Origin: Candidatus Peribacteria bacterium
Lineage (GTDB): Bacteria > Patescibacteriota > Gracilibacteria > Peribacterales > Peribacteraceae
Direction: 5' to 3'
Length of the DNA stretch: 64,000 nt
Assembly: GCA_023245765.1 (NCBI GenBank)
Contig: JAHFJP010000005.1
Span: forward strand, 997-64,996
Below the pieces are notes generated by a model, which saw nothing but the letters and a program-made list of their open reading frames with translations, was not told where the DNA came from and searched no databases. Below, one piece after another: positions 61,328 to 64,000 of the stretch. Made by a program: the position numbers and the translations under genes. Position 1 is the first letter of the stretch. Every line of letters begins with the position of its first letter.

Positions 61328-61553
61328 AGGTCACCGTCACGTTCGCTACGATCGCTCTCGGTGGCCCCTCCCAGCACCACTGCTCGAGCTCTTTCAGCTT
61401 GTCCTCAGGGCCTTCGGCATGAATTTCTACACCACCATTATCGGTATTCCTCACCCAGCCCGTGATGCCGAGTTCGTCAGCTTTCTCTTTGGTTTGAGCT
61501 CGGTAGAAGACACCTTGGACGAGGCCGGCGATATCAAAATGTCGAGCTACCAT
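61284..61553 (-). CDS. acyP: acylphosphatase
   Basis: GLVQGVFYR and GWVRNTDNGGVEIHAEG. TATAAT (61560-61565, minus) lies 6 nt before the ATG. Confidence 0.85.
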   Translation of the reverse strand: MVARHFDIAGLVQGVFYRAQTKEKADELGITGWVRNTDNGGVEIHAEGPEDKLKELEQWCWEGPPRAIVANVTVTSTDEKPYASFEIAS

Positions 61554-61559
61554 GAAAAT

Positions 61560-61565
61560 ATTATA
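61560..61565 (-). promoter_or_regulatory. -10 box TATAAT, 6 nt before the acyP ATG
   Basis: On the minus strand: TATAAT-ATTTTC-ATG. Confidence 0.45.
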
Positions 61566-61588
61566 GGCTGAATATCGTTGTTGATAAT

Positions 61589-61625
61589 CGCGGCCTTCGG
61601 CCGCGTACGCAGGCAGAATGCCTGC
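61589..61625 (-). terminator. two tandem GC-rich hairpins directly after the nusG stop (no U-tract)
   Basis: CGCGGCC-TTC-GGCCGCG and GCAGGCA-GAA-TGCCTGC. Confidence 0.35.
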
Positions 61626-61626
61626 G

Positions 61627-62172
61627 CTATTTCTTTTTTACTTGCGTGAAGTCAAGTTCGACCGGCGTCTCGCGGTCGAAAATCAAGACTGCCACGTTCA
61701 ATTTGCCCTTGTTCACGTCGACGCTCTGGACGCTGCCTTCGTAGTTTTTGAAGGGCCCGTCGATGATGATCACGAGGTCGCCGACTTGGAAGTCGCTGCG
61801 GAACTTCGCCTGCTCTTCGCCGACTCTTCGTTCGATCACGCCGAACTCCTCGGGGCTCACGGCGACCGGAATGTTGCCCGAGCCGACGAATCCGGTGACA
61901 TTGGGAGTGTTGCGAACCACGTACCAGGAATCATCCGTGACGATCATGTCGACGAGCACGTAGCCGGGGAACAGCTTTTTCTCCTCCTCGACCGGTTCGC
62001 CCTTCTTGAACACCAGCTGCTTTTCCTTGGGAACCATGACACTGAAAATATAATCCTGCATGCCAAGCGACTCCACGCGCTGTTCGAGCGCCTGCTTCAC
62101 ACTATCTTCATATCCGGAGTACGTGTGCAGCACGTACCAGTTTCGGCCAGCGCGGGGGTCCTGCTTGCCCAT
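61627..62172 (-). CDS. nusG: transcription termination/antitermination factor NusG
   Basis: NWYVLHTYSGYEDSV and the KOW motif GDLVIIIDGPFKNYEGSV. Confidence 0.93.
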   Translation of the reverse strand: MGKQDPRAGRNWYVLHTYSGYEDSVKQALEQRVESLGMQDYIFSVMVPKEKQLVFKKGEPVEEEKKLFPGYVLVDMIVTDDSWYVVRNTPNVTGFVGSGNIPVAVSPEEFGVIERRVGEEQAKFRSDFQVGDLVIIIDGPFKNYEGSVQSVDVNKGKLNVAVLIFDRETPVELDFTQVKKK

Positions 62173-62174
62173 AC

Positions 62175-62369
62175 TCAGGCGACGAAGGAGAGGAGGAATC
62201 GGACGACCTGGCTCAGAAGGAAATCGACGAGACCGAAGATCGCGGAAGAGACCAGGGTGAAGGCGAGGACGATCACGGAGAGACGCACCGCCTGCTGGCG
62301 CGTCGGCCAGCGTACGAGCTCGAGTTCCTGGATCGCTTCGTTGATGTAGGTGCTGACGGCTGTGAACAT
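62175..62369 (-). CDS. secE: preprotein translocase subunit SecE
   Basis: The internal ATG gives a 64-aa protein (…EAIQELELVRWPTRQQAVRLSVIVLAFTLVSSAIFGLVDF). Its position upstream of nusG fits. Confidence 0.8.
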   Translation of the reverse strand: MFTAVSTYINEAIQELELVRWPTRQQAVRLSVIVLAFTLVSSAIFGLVDFLLSQVVRFLLSFVA

Positions 62370-62463
62370 GGCGCTCAGATATGAAAAAATCCCCAAGGGG
62401 ACTGTCTTTATTCTATAGGAATGGCAATCGTGTGCAAGGGAAAATGACGCGAGAAATGGCTGC

Positions 62464-62537
62464 ATAGCTTTTTAGGTTCATTGAATGAAAGCTAAGAAGC
62501 TAACAAGCTAAACAGCTAAAAAGCTAAAAAGCTAAAG
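62464..62537. repeat. AGCTAA-rich inverted-repeat element, copy 2
   Basis: AGCTTTTTAGGTT...AAAGCTAAGAAGCTAACAAGCTAAACAGCTAAAAAGCTAAAAAGCTAAAG. It overlaps the lepB stop codon. Confidence 0.8.
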
Positions 62538-63167
62538 TCCGTATTCCGGTGCCTCCAGTGCATGAATCTTCGTGATCGGCAGGGCGATAAACCAGACGCG
62601 GCCTTTGATCTCGTTTTCGGCAACGAAGGGGATCGGCTTACCGTTCTCGGCGGTGAAGCTGCGCGAATCCAGACTGCCTTGTCGATTGTCGCCGAGGAGA
62701 AAGTACTCTCCGGCCGGAACCTCGTAAGTGGCTGCCGTGCGGTCTCCACTGCTTGGCGGATGACGGAAGGTATGGCCGAGATTGTGGGGATTCAGGTAGC
62801 CCGACTCGTCGAGCTTTTGGCTTTCCTTCTCACCGGCTTTCTTGAGAAACACATATCCATCTTTGATCGTCACCGTGTCGCCCGGCATGCCAATGACCCG
62901 CTTCACATAATATTTTTTCATATCGCTCGGCGGCCGGAACACGACCACGTCCCCGCGTCCCGGCTGGCCGAGAAGATAGGCGAATTTGTTGATGATGATG
63001 TATTCCTTATCGCTGAGCGTATCGACCATCGAGCTGCCTTCCACCTGGAACGGCGAGACGAGAAACGTGCGGATGGCAGCGACAATCGCCACGATCACGA
63101 CGATGTTGAAAAGGACATCGAGAAGGTGGTACCAGAATCCGTGTTTTTGGAGCTTCATCTGGCGCAT
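62532..63167 (-). CDS. lepB: signal peptidase I
   Basis: VEGSSMVDTL (Ser box), RGDVVVF, VKRVIGMPGD (Lys box), GDNRQGSLDSR. Start placed at the internal ATG (MRQMKLQK). Confidence 0.85.
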   Translation of the reverse strand: MRQMKLQKHGFWYHLLDVLFNIVVIVAIVAAIRTFLVSPFQVEGSSMVDTLSDKEYIIINKFAYLLGQPGRGDVVVFRPPSDMKKYYVKRVIGMPGDTVTIKDGYVFLKKAGEKESQKLDESGYLNPHNLGHTFRHPPSSGDRTAATYEVPAGEYFLLGDNRQGSLDSRSFTAENGKPIPFVAENEIKGRVWFIALPITKIHALEAPEYGL

Positions 63168-63228
63168 TCTAGGAGCCGTACTGCCCGGTGTACAGCGCTT
63201 TACAGAGCATTGCGCTACACTACTGCCC

Positions 63229-63894
63229 ATGGACGCGTTCCTGTTCAAAAAGCACCTGGAGGACGACGAGCACATCAGCATGGTCGTGCATAAACATTGG
63301 TTGTTTGGCTTGCGATATCTCTTCTTCCCGTCGGTATCATTTTTAGCGTCGTGGCTTCTGCTCTCGATTCGTCACACACAGGCGATGATTGTCATTATCG
63401 GGCTCTGGAGCATGGTGTCGCTCATCTGGTGGCTCAGGAATTTTTTCGACTACTACCTCGATGCCTGGATTATCACCGATCACGGAGTCATCGACCTTGA
63501 ATGGCTTGGGTGGTTCCATCGTCAGTCTTCGCGGATTCTCTACAGCGACATTCAAGGTGTTTCGACCGAGACGCACGGGATCGCCGGCACACTCCTGCGC
63601 TATGGCACGGTGTCGGTTGAGAAAATTTCCACTGGCGCGGCTGTTTCCCTCGAGTGTGTTCCGCGCCCCAGGCGTGTCGAGTCCGTGATCTTGAAAAATA
63701 TGGAGGCGTATTTGCATACGAAGAACCTCAAGAACGCCAAGCACATCGAAGAACTACTCTCGCAGTTTGTTGCGGAGCACATCCAGGAGGATGGCTTCCA
63801 CAAGGGCAAGAAGTCGTCGAACGAACAGGTCAAAGATCCTTCGGCGCGCCCGACGAAGAAAAGCTTCACGTCTTCCAAGGTCGGCGGACAATGA
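63229..63894 (+). CDS. membrane protein with bacterial PH (bPH_2/YdbT-like) domain
   Basis: The internal ATG gives [24 protein letters not shown]. Two TM segments are followed by [30 protein letters not shown]. Confidence 0.45.
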   Translation: MDAFLFKKHLEDDEHISMVVHKHWLFGLRYLFFPSVSFLASWLLLSIRHTQAMIVIIGLWSMVSLIWWLRNFFDYYLDAWIITDHGVIDLEWLGWFHRQSSRILYSDIQGVSTETHGIAGTLLRYGTVSVEKISTGAAVSLECVPRPRRVESVILKNMEAYLHTKNLKNAKHIEELLSQFVAEHIQEDGFHKGKKSSNEQVKDPSARPTKKSFTSSKVGGQ

Positions 63895-64000
63895 AGCCCC
63901 ACCTCGTCATTGTCGGCCTCGGAAATCCCGGAAAGGAACATCAGAAAACGCGGCACAACGCAGGGTTTCAGTCGGTCGATCTGCTCTCGAAAGAATTTGG
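63891..64000 (+). CDS. pth: peptidyl-tRNA hydrolase (5' part, runs off window)
   Basis: [30 protein letters not shown] overlap with the upstream stop. Confidence 0.8.
   Translation, partial: MKPHLVIVGLGNPGKEHQKTRHNAGFQSVDLLSKEF

Noticed and set aside
62986-63228. The N-terminal extension of ORF 62986-63894, and the N-terminal 38 codons of the lepB ORF (63168-63281).
   Set aside because: The two extensions overlap each other on opposite strands. The internal starts (63229 and 63167) give a typical bPH-protein N-terminus and a typical LepB membrane anchor.

Overview
Gene-dense (about 90% coding) bacterial chromosome segment, roughly 55-58% GC with a few low-GC patches. It uses the standard code (TGA, TAA and TAG all act as stops). 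Most of the window is housekeeping: tkt-tal-gnd (pentose phosphate), pyk, pyrH-frr, purQ/purL, priA, rarA, pdxS/pdxT, lepA, murC, murJ, nusG-secE, lepB, pth, rpmA, rsmH. There are four clean tRNAs (Ser-GCU, Arg-UCU, Pro-UGG, initiator Met) and one truncated tRNA-like RNA at the left edge. No rRNA, CRISPR array, intact IS or prophage was seen. Gene content suggests a small-genome, CPR/Patescibacteria-like organism; this rests on a DUF5667-type anti-sigma factor, a C39-like lipoprotein, a RayT-like HUH gene, SLH proteins and many short conserved hypotheticals, and is inference only. The main accessory feature is a co-directional locus at about 1.9-9.2 kb behind an AT-rich orphan region. It holds a transposase-derived HTH gene, then a Pro/Ala-rich membrane-anchored protein and a secreted tail-fibre-like protein, each joined to the previous gene by a 4-nt overlap. 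Two further tail-fibre-like paralogues follow, sharing a promoter and N-terminal module but differing in their C-termini. I read this as a candidate uncharacterised surface-fibre/adhesin system. Other notable items: a single-chain fusion of a front-end-type and a Delta9-type fatty-acid desaturase downstream of an ECF sigma/anti-sigma pair; a PurQ fused to two PurS-like repeats; an orphan gene splitting pdxS from pdxT; a RayT-like gene carrying a perfect 28-nt palindrome in frame; three small hairpin repeat families, one inserted in frame in purL; a candidate leader-peptide attenuator upstream of a TauD-like dioxygenase; and -10 boxes placed exactly 6 nt before start codons, implying leaderless mRNAs. 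All function calls come from motif recognition by eye; no searches were run.
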